Assembly (NCBI RefSeq): GCF_009834535.1
Contig: NC_045697.1
Coordinates: 74,960,001-75,024,000 of the forward strand
Direction of reading: 5' to 3'
DNA: 64,000 nucleotides
From: Camelus ferus
Lineage: Eukaryota
Shown here: positions 37,880-52,562 of the stretch, one piece after another
How positions within the stretch are numbered: position 1 is the stretch's first letter
How the letters are laid out: every line of letters starts with the position of its first letter
The notes under the pieces: model-generated
The model's database searches: none
Seen by the model: only the letters and a program-made list of their open reading frames with translations
What the model was told of the DNA's origin: nothing
Program-made: the position numbers and the translations under genes

Positions 37880-40800
37880 ACATAATATCTATTTTCATCA
37901 ACTTGCTTTTAGCCTATTCAGATTTTTATATTTAAAATAGGTTTAGATGTTTAGCTTATTGCTGGTCTTACTTTTTGTATTCTAACAATATTTGTCTTTT
38001 AATTGGAATATTTAGACCATTTACATTTAATGTAATTGTCAGTTTGGTCTGCTTTAAATCTACCATCTTGCTGTTTGTTTTCTATTTATCCTATCTGTTC
38101 TTTTTTCCTATTACCACTTTATTTCCTTCTTTGGAAGTTTTAATGTGTGTCTTTAATTCCGATATTGATTTATTTCCTTTTTTTCATAGTTGTTCTGCTT
38201 TTCAAATTTTATCTTTACCTTATTACAGTCTGTCCTTCAATATTATGTCACTTTTTACAATAGTATACTTCCATTACCTCCTCTCATTCTAGGTGCTCTT
38301 GTTGTCATACATTTTATTCTATATTTGCCATATCCCCTATAATGATAATGTATTATTATTGTTACTATTCTTTTACTTCAGTCAACTATAATTTAAAACA
38401 AAATTTTAAATGAGAAAACATCTTTTATATTTACTGTTTCAGTATTATTCTTTATTAGAGTTCCAAATTTCCATTTGTTGTAATTTTACTTCTAACATTT
38501 TTATGTAACATTTCTTATAGTGCAAAGCTGCTGGTAACAAATTCTTTCTGTTTTTGTTTACCATAAGGAAAAGTTTTCTTTGTCTTTTGCCTTTATTTTT
38601 AAGGGTATTTTCTCTGGATATGAAAGCTGCTTCTTTTGGTAGTTTAAAGATGTTGTTCCATTTTATCTGGATTAAATATCTGGATTGAATATTTTATGAT
38701 GAGAAATCTGTGATCATTATTATCTTTGTTTCTGTAATGTGTAAGGGTTCTACAGAGAAACAGAATCTATAGATTAGATAGATAAATAGGTAAACAGATG
38801 GATAGATATATAGGCAGGCAGAGGTAGGTAGGTAGGTAGATAAATAGATGAGGCAATTTGTTGTGGGAATTGGCTCACATGATTATGGAGGACACAAAGT
38901 ACCACAATTTGTTGTCTTTAGACTGTAAGCCTAGGGAAGCAGGTGGTGTAGTTCCAGTACAAATCTGAAGGCCTGAGAACTAGGGGAGCTAATAGTATAT
39001 GTCCTAATTTGAGTCCAAGGATCCTAGAACCAGGAGGACCTATGTACAAGGATAGAAGAAATCACATGTCCCAGCTCAAACTAGAGAGCAAATTCTCCCT
39101 TCCTCCACCTTTTTGTTCCATTCAGACCCTCAGCGAGTTATATAATGCCCACCCACCTAGGTCATGGTGATCTTTATTCAGTCCACTGATTCAAATGCAA
39201 AACTCTTCTGGAAACACCCTCCCAGACACACCCAGAAATAATGTTTTATCAGCCATCTGAGCATCCCTTAGCTCAGTCAAGTTGATACATATATTAACTG
39301 TCACATGTAGGTGTTTTTCCCTCTAGCACTTTAATTTTTTTTTCTCTTTATTGCTGATTTTTCATAATTTGATAATGATGTGTCTTAGTGTGATTTTTGT
39401 TGTGTTTATCTTGTATTGATTTCATTTAATTTCTTGGTTTAGTGAGATTAGAGTTTATCTTCTGTGAAAAATTTTTCAGCATGTTTTTTCAAATTTTTTT
39501 TTGTCCTTCACCCCCCCCACACACACTGTGTAATTATAATTACACATATAGTAAGCCTGTTAACATTGCCCCATAGGTCACTGAGGATCTTTTTATTTTA
39601 TTTTTAGTCTTTTTAATTCTCTGTTACTCAGTACCATATTTTCTTTTGCTATGGTCCAAGGTAACTGATCTTTTCTTCTAAGTATCTAAGCTCTTATTCC
39701 ATGCAGTAAATTTTTTATTTCACTTGTTTTATTTTTCATCGCTAGAAATTCCTTTTAATTATTTTCCATATCTTCCATGTCTCTTATGTCTGAATTTTCT
39801 TTTTTTCTTTAAATTATCAAGCATATGGAACATATTTTTAATGGCTGTTTTATGATCCTTATTAAGAGAATGTTTCTGTTTTCTGATTTTTCTCCTGACA
39901 TGTTTATTGGTATATCTTGTTATTTTTTCATTGTGTGGGACATTGTGAATGTTACATTGTTGAATGTCCGCATTTTATTCTGGCTTATTAGATGCAAATA
40001 ATAAAGTTACTTATAGATTGGCTAAAACTCTTTGAGGTTTATTTTTAACATTTTTCAGAGCAGGCTTATAATACTCCAGTAATAGTTTATCCTTTGTGCT
40101 AGGGTATATTCTTTCTGGGATTTCTACTGAATGCTATTAGTGACCAATGATGGATCTCCACTTTTCACTGGTCAGAGTTTGACTATCTCCCAGCCCTATA
40201 AAAGCTCTTGGAATTGGTTGCTTACCACTTCTCAATTTTTCTTTGATCAATCTCATAGAATTTCGTCATATACTGCAGTAGCTTAGTGTTCAGTGAAATG
40301 TCAGAAGAAGATACTTTATTTCTAAAGCATCTTTTTCAGCCTGAAACTCCTTGCTGAAACTTTCTCCCATAATGCCAACTTCTTCAGGTTTCCTCTCAGA
40401 TAGAAAAATTCAGTGAGATTTCTGGGCTCTACTTGGAATTTCTCTCTGTACACAATATTTTGGAATGTGACTCCAAGCAGAAATCTGAGACAGTTGTAAG
40501 GCTCATCTTAACTTATTTACTTCTGTCAGTGATCACAGTCTTGCCCTTTTGGTTATTAAATGTCTAAAAACAGTCATTTCATATATTTCTCCTGCTTTCT
40601 AGTTATTTGCTGTCATGGGGAGTAAATCTGTTTCATGTTGCTTCTCCATAGCCAGAAATTGTTTCAGTTTTGATAGTTTGTTTTTTTAAAGAAAAGTTTC
40701 ATTTCATTAAATTTTTTAAAGATTTATCTAGATACAGATTTATTTTTATCTATCCTTCTTGTTATATGTTATGAATTTTTACACATGCAGAGTCATTTTT

Positions 40801-41640
40801 TTTAATCAATCCTCAAAAGTTCTACAGTACCACAGAATTACATCTTCTCTATTCCCTCTGTTTTCTTATTGTCACTCTGATTAAATGTATGTTAAACTTT
40901 CTCATTCTATCTTACATTTTTCTTAAATGCTCTTTAATATTATTAATCCTTTTGACTCTCTGACTCATTTTGGATAATTTCTTCAAATTTTTTTTCACTT
41001 GACCTTTTTCTTGTCTGTCTCATCCACTGTTAGTCAATTCAGTGAATATATTTATTTTAAATTTTAACTATTATATATCTTATTTCTCAGAGTTATTCGA
41101 ATTCATTCATTATCAAATATTTCACGTCATCTTATAGTCATTTGTTTTTGACTTTTAAGTTTTATATTTAAGTATTTCAAACATGTCTTTTAAAGATATC
41201 TAGCAATATCTAGCCAATCTCTTGACTTTCACTTATGATGACTTATTTCCTTGGTAATTTTACTTAGTGGAAATCCTGGAGTCCTAAATCCATATTAATT
41301 TTCTCTGTAGAAGATTTACTTTAATTTCTTGCTTTTTCTGAGATCCTAGTGGTACTGTGAACCTGGGACTTCAGTACTCTTCAACTAGCTCTCCTAATTC
41401 AGGAATGTCATATTTAACTCTTACACATTGTCATAGGCTCTGGGTACTAGTTTTAGGGCAAGCCTAGCTTTTTTATGTGCTTGTTGATTCTTATTTTTCA
41501 AGATTCAGTTCACTATTCTCAGTTATTTATTTTATTTCTGAGATTTCCTTGTTTTGTGAGCATTGTAATGCTTTTAAAATGTGTGTGTTAAATTTATCTT
41601 TACTGGACTGGGAAAGACCTTCTTTGTATCCCAGGCATAT
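37880..41640 (-). mobile_element. Very old LINE-1 5'/ORF1-region fragments (L1M/L1ME-like)
   Basis: ctttaattggaatatttagaccatttacatttaatgtaatt; ctgctggtaacaaattctttctgtttttgttta; strongly T-rich decayed sequence. Confidence 0.7.
38738..39305 (-). mobile_element. MLT2-like ERVL solo LTR nested in old L1
   Basis: Minus strand starts tgtgacagttaatatatgtatcaacttgactgagctaagggatgc...aaacattatttctgggtgtgtctg. TSD tgtaa/tgtag. Contains a decayed GATA/GGTA simple repeat. Confidence 0.88.
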
Positions 41641-43559
41641 ATCTTCATACTGGAGAAAGAAGAAATCCCTTCCTCTGTTTTACCTTCATCTCTTGACCCT
41701 TCCCTTCTTTTGCCTTGTGTTGTAGCAGGACCAAATTCCTTGATATAATTGAGTATGTGAACTTACATACTTTTTCCTAGGCATACTCTTCTACCACTTG
41801 TCTGCTTGATATATTTTTGTTCTTTCTTCAATATGCAGTTAAAGTATCACTGCATCTTTGAAACATTCTTGGGATAAAATTATGGATATCTCATTAATAT
41901 CACCGATCTTTGCACAACATTGGAAATCAAGTGTATTTCAATTAAAAAAAGAACTCATTGCCCAAAACCTCAAAAACCCCAATCTTTGTGCATAAATCTG
42001 AAAATACCTTGCATCACAATGAAATAAAACTATTTAATAAGTTTTCCTTCTATTTTAGTTGTATACTTTTTAGCCATGGTTTTCTTTTTTCATTTTCACA
42101 TCTCATCCTTAATGTAGTATAGGATACAGAGTGAATATTAAGAAATGTATTCAATGAGTGGATATTATTTCAATATAATTGATATCAAGAAAGAGTAATG
42201 TTTTCACATCTGAGGTAATAATACATGCTAACATGAGTGCTGGTCTCTGTGAGTCCCAGAAAAGGGAGAGCCAAAAATTTTAAATTTTTCAGCAGCGAAG
42301 TATAATCTAGAAGGAGGTTTCCCTAATTCTCATTTGTTTCTCAGATATGTAATTTGGTAACTATAGGTATTAAAGACAATTACCTACTCAAAACACTATT
42401 ACTCTACCTATTAAGCAATATTCTAGTAGAAATTTGACTGTCTATACAAGTTCCCTACAGATAAGAGAATAAAAAGTCAAAGTGGATACTATAGTTTCAC
42501 CCTGTTAGAATTTATATTTTTCATATAGTAGGTATTCTAATTTTGCATATCCTGATAACAGTGATTCTTACATGTGTCAATTCATCAACAAATACATGCA
42601 TGTGCAAAAGTGACAATCATACCTTAGACTTGAAGTAGCCTCACGAAATTGTTTCAGTTTTTATAAAATAAAGTATAATATAATCAAGTAGTAAAATTCT
42701 GAGTTCTAGAGCCGAGGGCATCTTTTCTAATGTTATTCATGAAGTAACATAGAGGTCGTGACTTTTCCACAAAGCTGGAGACAGTTTTTCAATTAGTATT
42801 TGAGCCAAGTGGAATCTACTATTTTAACAACAACAAGAACAAACAGAATACCTATAAAATGTGTCTCATTATAGCTGCACAATTCAGAGGCAGAGCTAAG
42901 ATATCTTGAGTGTACATGAGCTAGCACTCAAAGCTGAGAGACAAAGTTGCAACTGCTATTGTACAAGGCTTGGTATGGGGGACAGAACTAACCAAAGGAC
43001 CCATAGTTAAGAACGGACATAATTAAACCCAGAGAACTAATTGGCTCTCTACTTAAAGCCTTACTTCTGAGTACTTACAGAGAGATCAAAAGAGCTTTGT
43101 AATTGATTTTTAAAATCATGATAGAAACAAGTATCTATTTCAGCCCAGAATGTCATGGGTCATAAAGAGGTTTGTGGAAAGACAATACAAAACTGAAGGT
43201 GACAGAGACATTTTCCTTAGCTATTTACTGGCTAATGTTTCAACATTTCCCAGTGAGGAATTTTGAAATCAGTGCCAAAATCATATTAGCACTGTAGTTT
43301 ATTAAACACATACACACACTTACGTATTTATGCTGAAGTTAAATATTTAGAAAATGGTATACTGTACCACTAAAAACATCCTTTTGTGTGTGTGTGTGTG
43401 TATAGTTCTGAGTCAGAAAAACTGAATTTTGGTATTGTTATCTCAATAAGAAATATACTCAAATGAAAATTACAAGCAAGAATAAGATGCTTTTAGTTGA
43501 CAGACTTGGTAAGCTGCACATCTGGTGTTTAAATAGTTCTTTTTTGAAGTCCAGTCCTA

Positions 43560-43960
43560 TGCATCCGATGTCACTTGGGTATCTGATGGAGATATCAAAT
43601 TTTCTTTCCAATCAAAACTGCTTCATCTACATTCTAAATTCTTTCAGTGTATGGAAACTTCATCTTTCCTGTTGCTTGTGTCATAACCTGGGAGTTATAT
43701 TAAATATTTTTTCTTTTATACATTCCTTCTAAAATATCAGGAAATCCTGTTTGTTCTACGTTTAAAATATAACTAGTGTCAAATGACTTATCTCCACTAC
43801 CCCCACCCTTGTCAAAGCCACCATCATCTTCCACCTAAGTTATTGCAATAACCTGTTAGTTGCTCTCCTTCACTGCATCCTGTTTCATCAACAGTTTCAC
43901 AAGCATTTAGAACAATGGCACATTATAGGTGCTCAATAAATATTTATAGAGTGAATGGAT
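43560..43960 (+). mobile_element. L2 LINE 3' fragments
   Basis: gtcaaagccaccatcatcttccacctaagttattgcaataacct...ggcacattataggtgctcaataaatattt. Confidence 0.75.
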
Positions 43961-44559
43961 GCATAAGCAGAATATTCTTTTTTGCTGTGCCTTGTGTAAG
44001 TAGGGGCACTTGTGGTATCACTTAGTTCCTTTCAGTCATCATCAGCTGTGACATCTACAGTTAATTTTTAAAAATGAGTAAGTTAAAATTTATTATAAAA
44101 TGTTTCATACACCGAAGTATAAAGTAATATCCTATAGTTTACAGGAAATAATAAGATATTTAGGAAATAAAACATTATATTTGAAGCCTCCTGTTTAGCC
44201 TTCCATAACTGTATCTATCCCTTTTCCCTCTAAAATCCTAATTATTATATCTTTACTTTTCTTACTGGTAATTAAGAAACTTAGTAGTTTAACCATAGAC
44301 ATATGTGATTCTGAAAATAGAAAATTTAAGTTGGTAAAAATAGAATTATTTCTTTGCAGTTTGTTTATTTTCATTAGCTTTAGTTTAATTGTCCTATGTT
44401 TAATATGTCCAAAGGGTATGCTGTCTTGTTAAAATTGATCTGCCTGTAATAGTTTTAGGTATTACTTTCCCACCTCTACTTTTACCATAGCCCCCTTTTT
44501 TTCTTACAAAAGAAAGGAGCATTTATCCTTACAATACCTTTCTGTGTCAAACCTATAGA

Positions 44560-45130
44560 GATTCAAAACAGGAACAGGTGGAAATACTGGACTTGAGAAA
44601 GTGAATTAATCTGCATTGAGTCTGAAACTGTGATATCTCTATCTTTGTGAGCATTTGCTTGTACACACACACACACACAGCATCACAAGACCTCTGGATC
44701 AGAGGCAGACTTTTCATTACTATGGAAAATTCTTGCATCAGTTTCTTTTGCTACAGTGCCCCATCAAGAGACTTGATGATTGCAGATGTCTCCTGAGCAC
44801 ATGGTAGAGTTTATACCACAGGAGAGAGACCTTGACGCTGTAAATCTAGAAACCTCTGTTGGCCCTCCTCCCCTCTGGAGATGGAGACCTTTGTTCTAGA
44901 ATGTAAGCACATCCTCTCTGGAGAGAGTGGTGTTCTCTAAGTTTACAACCCCTAAAATTAAAACAAATTCTCCAGGAGAGATGTCACTAAATCTCTCTGG
45001 AGATCTCTAACTTTCAAGGCTTGTTTGCCATACAGTCATTCTTAATCCAGGTTGCTAGTAGGGTAGTGTTTTTCAGAAAGACCTTTCTGTGCAGAAATAT
45101 GAAAATATTCACAAAGCATGATTTCCCAGC
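44560..45130 (-). mobile_element. Probable LTR (ERV1-like), family uncertain
   Basis: Minus strand begins tgctgggaaatcatg; short internal repeats of cctctctggaga. Family not confidently recognised. Confidence 0.35.
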
Positions 45131-47784
45131 AATGTACTGACTGGACATAAACTATTCTAAATACCTTTTCTAAAATCACTTGTTTCCCCATTCTTTGCTT
45201 TGAACACATTTGAGAGAATGCTTGAATTGTCAGCTGATAGCACGTTAAAATTTATTTTTTATGTAGATCACTATGTGATTTGGGCATATGACTCAGATGC
45301 CCAGAAGGAGTTAAAAGATTTGAATGATACTAGTGTTACGAAGCTCTTTCTATTCCCATCTGCCTATTTAACAGACTATGTGTTATCTTATTTGTATAAA
45401 AATGAAAAATAGGAACATAATTGATGTTGATCTATGTCTTGTTCTAGCAAAATTTAATATTCACGTATAGATATATAAACTTACTGGAAAAAAAATGTAA
45501 GAGATCTATATCTAGCAAAACATTATTTTAATAATTAACAAAATTTTATGTATTTATATTATTTAAGCAATTGTATACTAATAATTGTAGTGATAACCTT
45601 ATTGAGGAGAAAATTTTTAACCCTTAACTCAATTCATCTGTTACCTCTTAAAGAACTTAAGTAATTCTCCTCTTACCTTCACCTACACACACAACAAATA
45701 GAAATTTTTTCATGATACTTAGGTTACTGTATTTATTTCTCAGTTTGCTTTTCTGCCTTCCTGCTCCTCTTAGAACTTAATGAGCCTGAGTTTGGTGTTA
45801 CTTGCATAGTACCTGATAGAGTATGTGTGCAATGAATGTTTCATTAGATATATATGTACAAAAAGAAGGGAAATCACAGTGGGCCGAAGGAGTCTGGAAG
45901 TTATGGAGGAGTCCCTGAAGAGATGATACTCTTGTTGGAAGTTACAGTTGGAGCAATCCAATGTTCATAGAGGGAGTGTGCATTCCAGAGAGGAACATGG
46001 ACAATTTAAGCTTCTTTCTTGAAAAATAGCAATAGATATGTAAGGAAGTAAAATCACATATTTGCAGTTCACTTCCATTTCCATTGTACTCATGGTTTGG
46101 TGGGAATATTTTGGGGAAAAGGAGCTGCAGTAGTGTCAGGTCAGTAAAAATCTGTCCTGTATCAACCCACCTCAAAGCAGGCAATCAACTGAAGCTTGTG
46201 CTTTCCTTCCTCTTGCTTTTCCAAAAAATGTACTTTGGGTGACCTAAATCTTTAAGAGAAGCACACATGGTGATGGATTGTCATTTAAAAATAAATCAAA
46301 CTTCATTGAAACCATGGGTTCAGTAGTAGGCATTAAATAATGAACTAAAAAGAAAAAAAAAAAAGCTTAACAATAGCCAGAAAACCACTAGCTGAACCAA
46401 CAAGTTACTAAAATGGCATCATGCTCATGGCTGCAATTAGTAGTTTACCTACATCTGTAATCAATTAGCTAGATCCTCAAATTAAATCTCAATCTTATTT
46501 GTTTATTTCTCTTTAAGGGGTGGTCTGTAAAGTCCACATTGCAAGACAGACACCTTTTTTCCTGGGGACTTCAGCAATAGTTTAAATTAAACAAAGTTTG
46601 GTTATTTGATAATAATAACTAAAATGTCTCCCTACATTTATTTATTTATTTATTTATATCATTTTTAAAGCTCCACTCCAGGTATCTAGGAAATAGCATA
46701 TACAGAGTGTCTTAAACTTTTTTAACATAGCTTTTGATATTATTACTTTACTTCCCCAGAGAATGAATGTAGGGATATTATCATTCTAACAAAGAAATAG
46801 CACTGCTAGAGATGATGCCAAGAGACAGGGGCATACAAATTCATGAAAAAGCAAATAGTCTTTTCCAGTAATGAAGATTGTTTATTGACCGGCTGTATTC
46901 TCTTCTTGTGAGCCTTCTGGCTATGCTAACAGGAATTTAAGGAAAAAGGAGGGAAATGGCAGCTATTATTAACATTTTTAGGATATGCTAACACATTAAA
47001 AGAGTCAAATAACCTTATAAAACAGTATATATATTTTAAATGTAGATGTAATTAGCAAAACTTGTGCAACTTGCATACTTATTATTTCATAATTAGCATC
47101 AACTCAGTAAATATTTTATTCATTTATTCACTCATTCAGTAAACATTGAGCACCCATGTACCTACTTTTACTTTAACCTGAGCACCCAACCCCTACCCCT
47201 CGTGGCCTTTCTCTTGCCTTTTTAAACAGCCTACACTCCAGGCAGTAGGTATCTCTCTAAATAAATCTACCTTTATGCCATATATATATATATATCTTCT
47301 ATGTATAGGATACTGGCTAGGCTATCTTAGGTACAATATGAGACACATTTCTTCTGTCAAAGGGGCTGCCAGTATAGGGCACATATAGTTAAAAGCATGC
47401 AAGAACTAAATTATAAGGCAGTTACGTTTGTGTCATAAGAAATATACTAACATCTCTTATGAGCATTATAGGGAATCTGTAATGTGTGGAGAGCTTTCAC
47501 CTGGTCAGGGTAACAGAGAAGACTTAAGATAGACATACCTCTGAGCTATAGCCTCATCTGACTGTGGACAACAATCTCATATGAGTGTGTCAGAAGCACT
47601 TCAGATTAAAAGGAAAAAAAAATCCAGTGTTGAACCCACAACCTCTCATTTTAATCTAGCTCCTCCAGTATTCTTTGGTGGCATAATCTTGTACTCAGTT
47701 CCTTTGGATGAAAACTGGGAATTATCCTTGACTTTCTGTCTTCCTACCCCTTGCAATCAACCAATTGATTTATCTTCTAACATA

Positions 47785-50700
47785 TTTTTCCCTTTTTATT
47801 TGTAATTGAAGTATAGTTTTAACATATAATATTATACTAGTTTCAGGTATACAACATAGTGCTTTGACACTTATATACTACGAATTGGTCATTGACAGTA
47901 ACCATCTGTCACCATACAAAGTTGTTACATGGCTGTGTTACCTATGCTGTACATTACGTCCCCATGACTTAATTATTATATAATTAGACTTTGGCATTTT
48001 TTTAATCCCCTTTACCTCTTTTGCCCAATTTCTGCTCCTCTCCCCTCTGGTGATCACCAGTTTGTTCTGTATGTCTTTAAGTCTATTTCTGTTTTGTTCG
48101 TTCATTTGTTTTGTTTTTCAGATTTCATGTGTAAGTGAAATCATACAGTATTTGTCTTTCTCAGTGACTTAGTTCACTTAACATGATAACCTATAGGTCC
48201 ATTCATATTGTCATAAATGGCAAGTTTTCATTCTTTTTTATGGCTGAGTATTATGTCATTGTCTCTGTTACCACACATCTTCTCTATCCATTCATCTACT
48301 GATGGGTACTTAGGTTGCTTCCATACCTTGGCTATTGTAAATAATACAGCAGTTAACATAAGGGTGCATTTATCTTTTCTAATTAGTGTTTTCTTTTTCT
48401 TCACATAAATACCCGGAAGTGGAATTGCTGGATCTTATGGTAGTTCTGTGTTTGATTTTTTTGAGAAATCTCCACAGTGTTTTCCATAATAGCTGCATCA
48501 ATTTAAATTCCCACCAACAGTGCACTAGGATTCCCTTTTCTCTACATTCTCACCAATAGTTATTTGTTGTCTTTTTAATAGTAGCCATTCTGAAAGCTGT
48601 AAGATATGTCATTGTGGTTTTGATTTGGTTTCTCTGATGACTAGTGAGGTTGAGTATCTTTTCATGTGTCTGTTGGCTCTCCTTGGAAAATGTCTATTCA
48701 GGTCTTCTGCCCATTTTTAAATCTGTTTGTTTTCATATTGAGTTGTGTGAATTCTTTATGTATTTTGGATATTAACTCCTTGTCAGATATATCAATTATC
48801 TTCCATTTAAAAAGTTGACTTTTTGTTTAGTTAATGGTTTTCTTCGTTGTGCAAAGCTTTTTAGTTGATGTAGTCTCATTTCTTTATTTTCGTTTTGTTA
48901 ACCTTGCCAGAGGGGAAAGATCCAAAATAATACTGCTAAAACTGATGTCAAAGAGCATATTTCCAGTGTTATATTCTAGGTGTTTCATGGTTTCAGATCT
49001 TTAATTTAAGTCTTTAACTCATTTTGAGATTGTTTTTGTATAAGGTATAAGAAAGTGGTCTAGTTTGATTCTTTTGCATGTAGCTACCCAGTTTTTTCAA
49101 TACCATTTATTGAAGAAACTGTCTTTTGTCCATTGTCTATTCTTGGGCCCTTTACTGTAAATTAATTGGCCATATAAGCACGGTTTATTTCTGGGCTTTC
49201 TGTTCTGTTCCATTGATTAATATGTCTGTTTTTGTGCCAGTATCATACTGTTTTGATTACTGTAGCTTGAACTATAGTTTGAAGTCAGGAAGCTTGATAC
49301 GTCCAGATTTGTTCATCTTTCTTAAGATTGTTTTGGTTATTTGGGGTCTTTTGTGGTTCCATACAAATTTTAGAATTATTTGTTCCAGTCTGTGTAAAAT
49401 GCTATGGATATTTTGGTAGGGATTACATTGAATCTGTAGATTGCTCTGGGTACTATGGACATTTTAACAATCTTAATTCTTCCAAACTATGAGTATGGTA
49501 TATGTTTCTATTCATTTGTGTTATCTTCAGTTTCTTTCATCAGTGTATTATAGTTTACCTAGCATAAGTCTTTCACCTTCTTGGTTAAATTTATTTTTAG
49601 GTGTTTTATTCCTTTTGATACAATCATAAATGGGATTGTTTTTTAAAATTCCTCTTATAGTTTGTTATTAGTGTAGAGAAACACAATAGACTTCTGTATA
49701 TTGACTTTATATCATGTAATTTTACTGATTTAATTTATTAGTTCTAATAGATTTTTGGTGGTGTACTTAAGATTTTCTATATATAGTATCATGTCCTCTG
49801 CAAACAGTGACAGTTTTACTTCTCCCTTTCCAATTTGGATGTCTTTTATTTCTCTTTCTTGTCTGATTACTGTGGCTAGAACTAATACTGTGTTGAATAA
49901 AGTCAGCAATAGTGGGCATCCTTGTCTTGTTCCTGATCCTAAAGGAAAAGTTTTCAGCTTTTCACCATTGGGTATTATGTTAGCTGTTGATATGTCACAT
50001 ATGGCCTTTATTAGAGTGAGGTATGTTCCCTTTGTACCCACTTAGTTGAGAGTTTTTATCATAATTTGATGTTGAATTTTGTTAAATGCTTTTTCTGTAG
50101 CTGTTGAGATAGATGATCATGATTTTTATCCTTTGTTTTGTTTATGTGATGTATCACATTAATTTGTGAATATTGAACCATCTTTACATCCCTGAAATAA
50201 ATCCCATTTGATCATGTTGTATGATCTTTTAATGTATTGCTGAATTTGGTTTGCTAATATTTTGTTGAGGATTTTTATATCTATATTCATCAGAGATATT
50301 GACCTGTAATTTTATTTTATTTTTTATAGTATCTGGTTTTGGTATCAGGGTAATACTGGCCTCATAGAGTGAGTTTGGAAGTGATTCTTCCTTTTCAATT
50401 GTTGAAATAGTTTGAGAAGGATAGGTATTATCTCTTTTTTTTTTTAAATTCAAGTACAGTCAGTTTACAATGTTGTGTTAATTTATGTTGTACAGCATAG
50501 TGAGTCATCTATACGTATATATATGTTTCTTTTCATATTCTTTTTCATTATAGGCTATTACAAAGTACTGAATATAGTTCCCTGTGCTATATAGTAGGAC
50601 CTTGTTGTTTATCTATTTTATATATAGTAGTTAGCATCTGCAAATCCAGAACTCCCAGTTTATTCCTCCCCACCTCCTTTCTCTCTGGTAACCATAAGTT

Positions 50701-51620
50701 CATTTTCTATGTCTGTGAGTTTGTCTCTGAGCCATCTGGTCCTGCATTTTTGATTCTTGGGAAAGAAATTTTTGATTACTGATTCAGTTTCATTGCTAGT
50801 GAACAGTCTGTTCAGATTTTTTATTTCTTCCTTCAATCACTGATTCAGTGTTGGAAAAGTGTATTTTTCTAAGAATTTATCCATGTCTTCTAGGTTCTTC
50901 AGTTTGTTGGTTTATAATTGTTCATGGAAATCTTTTATGATCTTTTGTATTTCTGTGGTTTCAGTTATAACTTCTGTTTTGTTTCTTATTTTATTTAGTT
51001 GGGCCCGCACTTTTTTCTTTCTGAGTCTGGCTAAAGGTTTATCAGTTTTATCTTTACAAAGAACCCACTCTAAGATTCACTGATCTTTCCTCTTGTTTTT
51101 CTAATTGCTATTTCATTTATTTCCTCTCTTTATTATTTCCTTTCTTCTACTAAGTTTGAGTTTTGTTTTTTTGTCTTATTTTTTCTTTTTTTCTAGTTCC
51201 TTTAGGTGTAAGGTTAGATTGTTTATTTGGGATTTTTCTTGTTTCCTAAGCTAGGCTTTTATTGCTTTTATTGCTATCCCTCTCAGAACTGCTTTTGCTG
51301 CATCCCATAGATTTTGGGTTGTTGTGTTTCAATTTTCACTAGTTTTGAGGTTTTTTTTTTTTTTTTCTTTGACTTCTTTAGTGACCCATTGATCAGTAGC
51401 ACGTTGTTTAGCCTTCAAGTGTTTGTGGGTTTTTTTGTAGGTTTTTTTTCTTATATTCAATTTCTAGTTTCGTAGCATTATGGTCAGAAAAGATGCTTGA
51501 TATGATTTCCATTTTCTTAGATTTGCTGAGACTTATTTTGTGGCTTAGCATGTGATCTGTCCTGGAGAATGTTCTGTGTACCTTTGAAAAGAATGTGTTT
51601 TTGGATGGTATGTTATATAT
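47785..51620 (-). mobile_element. 5'-truncated LINE-1 (3'UTR + most of ORF2)
   Basis: RT motif remnants at 49730-50041 ([12 protein letters not shown]...[18 protein letters not shown]) and SLPNSLYEASITLIPKPD at 50229-50453. 3'UTR at ~47.8-48.2 kb. Confidence 0.93.
50435..50728 (-). mobile_element. Younger L1 3' end nested in the 47.8-51.6 kb L1
   Basis: Poly-T then aaattcaagtacagtcagtttacaatgttgtgttaatt...ctggtaaccataagttcattttctatgtctgtgagt, similar to the element at 8-402. Confidence 0.88.
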
Positions 51621-52419
51621 AACAGGTTACTTAGGTGTGTGTGAATCCCCCAACCATTTCATTCAGTTCTTTTTTATCCATATATTTGTAATAAACTAAA
51701 TCCTCCTTTCACAATTGTCGTTTCTTTTGGGGATCCCATAACTTCCTAAACTTTTTTAATTTGCATACATTAAGATTTACTTTTTGTGCTATAAGGGTCT
51801 GTTCATTTTGACAAATGCATTGTGTCATATATCCACCATAATTGTATCATACAGTATCATTTCTGTATGATACTATTATGCCAATAAGCACATTTTATTA
51901 AAATTATCTTGCTTTTGGTCACATGAAATCATTCCGTAATCATATTTATATAGTTCATTTACGGTTCTGTAAGTCTTGAAGGAAGAAATCTTGGCAATAT
52001 TAAAAAAAAAAATAGAACTAGACACATCCAGAATACAATTGCTTTAACATTACTGGCCTGAATTCACAAAATAAAGTTTTCACTTCCAAAATTGTGTTCC
52101 CAACTCTGTGTAAAACTTCCTCATTTTTCCTAGTAAATTATAAACTCCAGGGATGATTTTTTTTTGACCACCCTCATATCCAGCATGCCCAGAAGGCCAG
52201 CAAACCAAAATGGAAACAAATGTACATCCTGTACAAGTTCAAGTTGTTTCTTAACCTTGCAAAAATACACCCAAAATGTTCTAAAGTGCTCAGTATTTTT
52301 TTTCTAATTTTGGAAAACAATGGACTAAATACATCTACTGCAATTTTTTTCTCATAACAGTAGGTTTCAACAAATGGAGGCAAAAAATGGAGATGTCACA
52401 CTGAGACCCAGTCACTGGT

Positions 52420-52562
52420 CTATGCTTTACATAATCTAATAGTCATAATAATTGATCTAATATTCCTAACAACCATATGATGTGAGTACTATTTCTTTCC
52501 TCATCCTACAGATAGGGAAACTGAGGTACAGAGGTTAAGTGTCTTGCTCACAATCACACTGA
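52420..52562 (-). mobile_element. MIR fragment
   Basis: tcctaacaaccatatgatgtgagtact...catcctacagatagggaaactgaggtacagaggttaagtgtcttgctcacaatcacac. Confidence 0.8.

Noticed and set aside
44970..45002. Short hairpin ctccaggagagat-loop-atctctctggag
   Set aside because: The stem is too short for a pre-miRNA and lies in a probable LTR with repeated ctctggag motifs.
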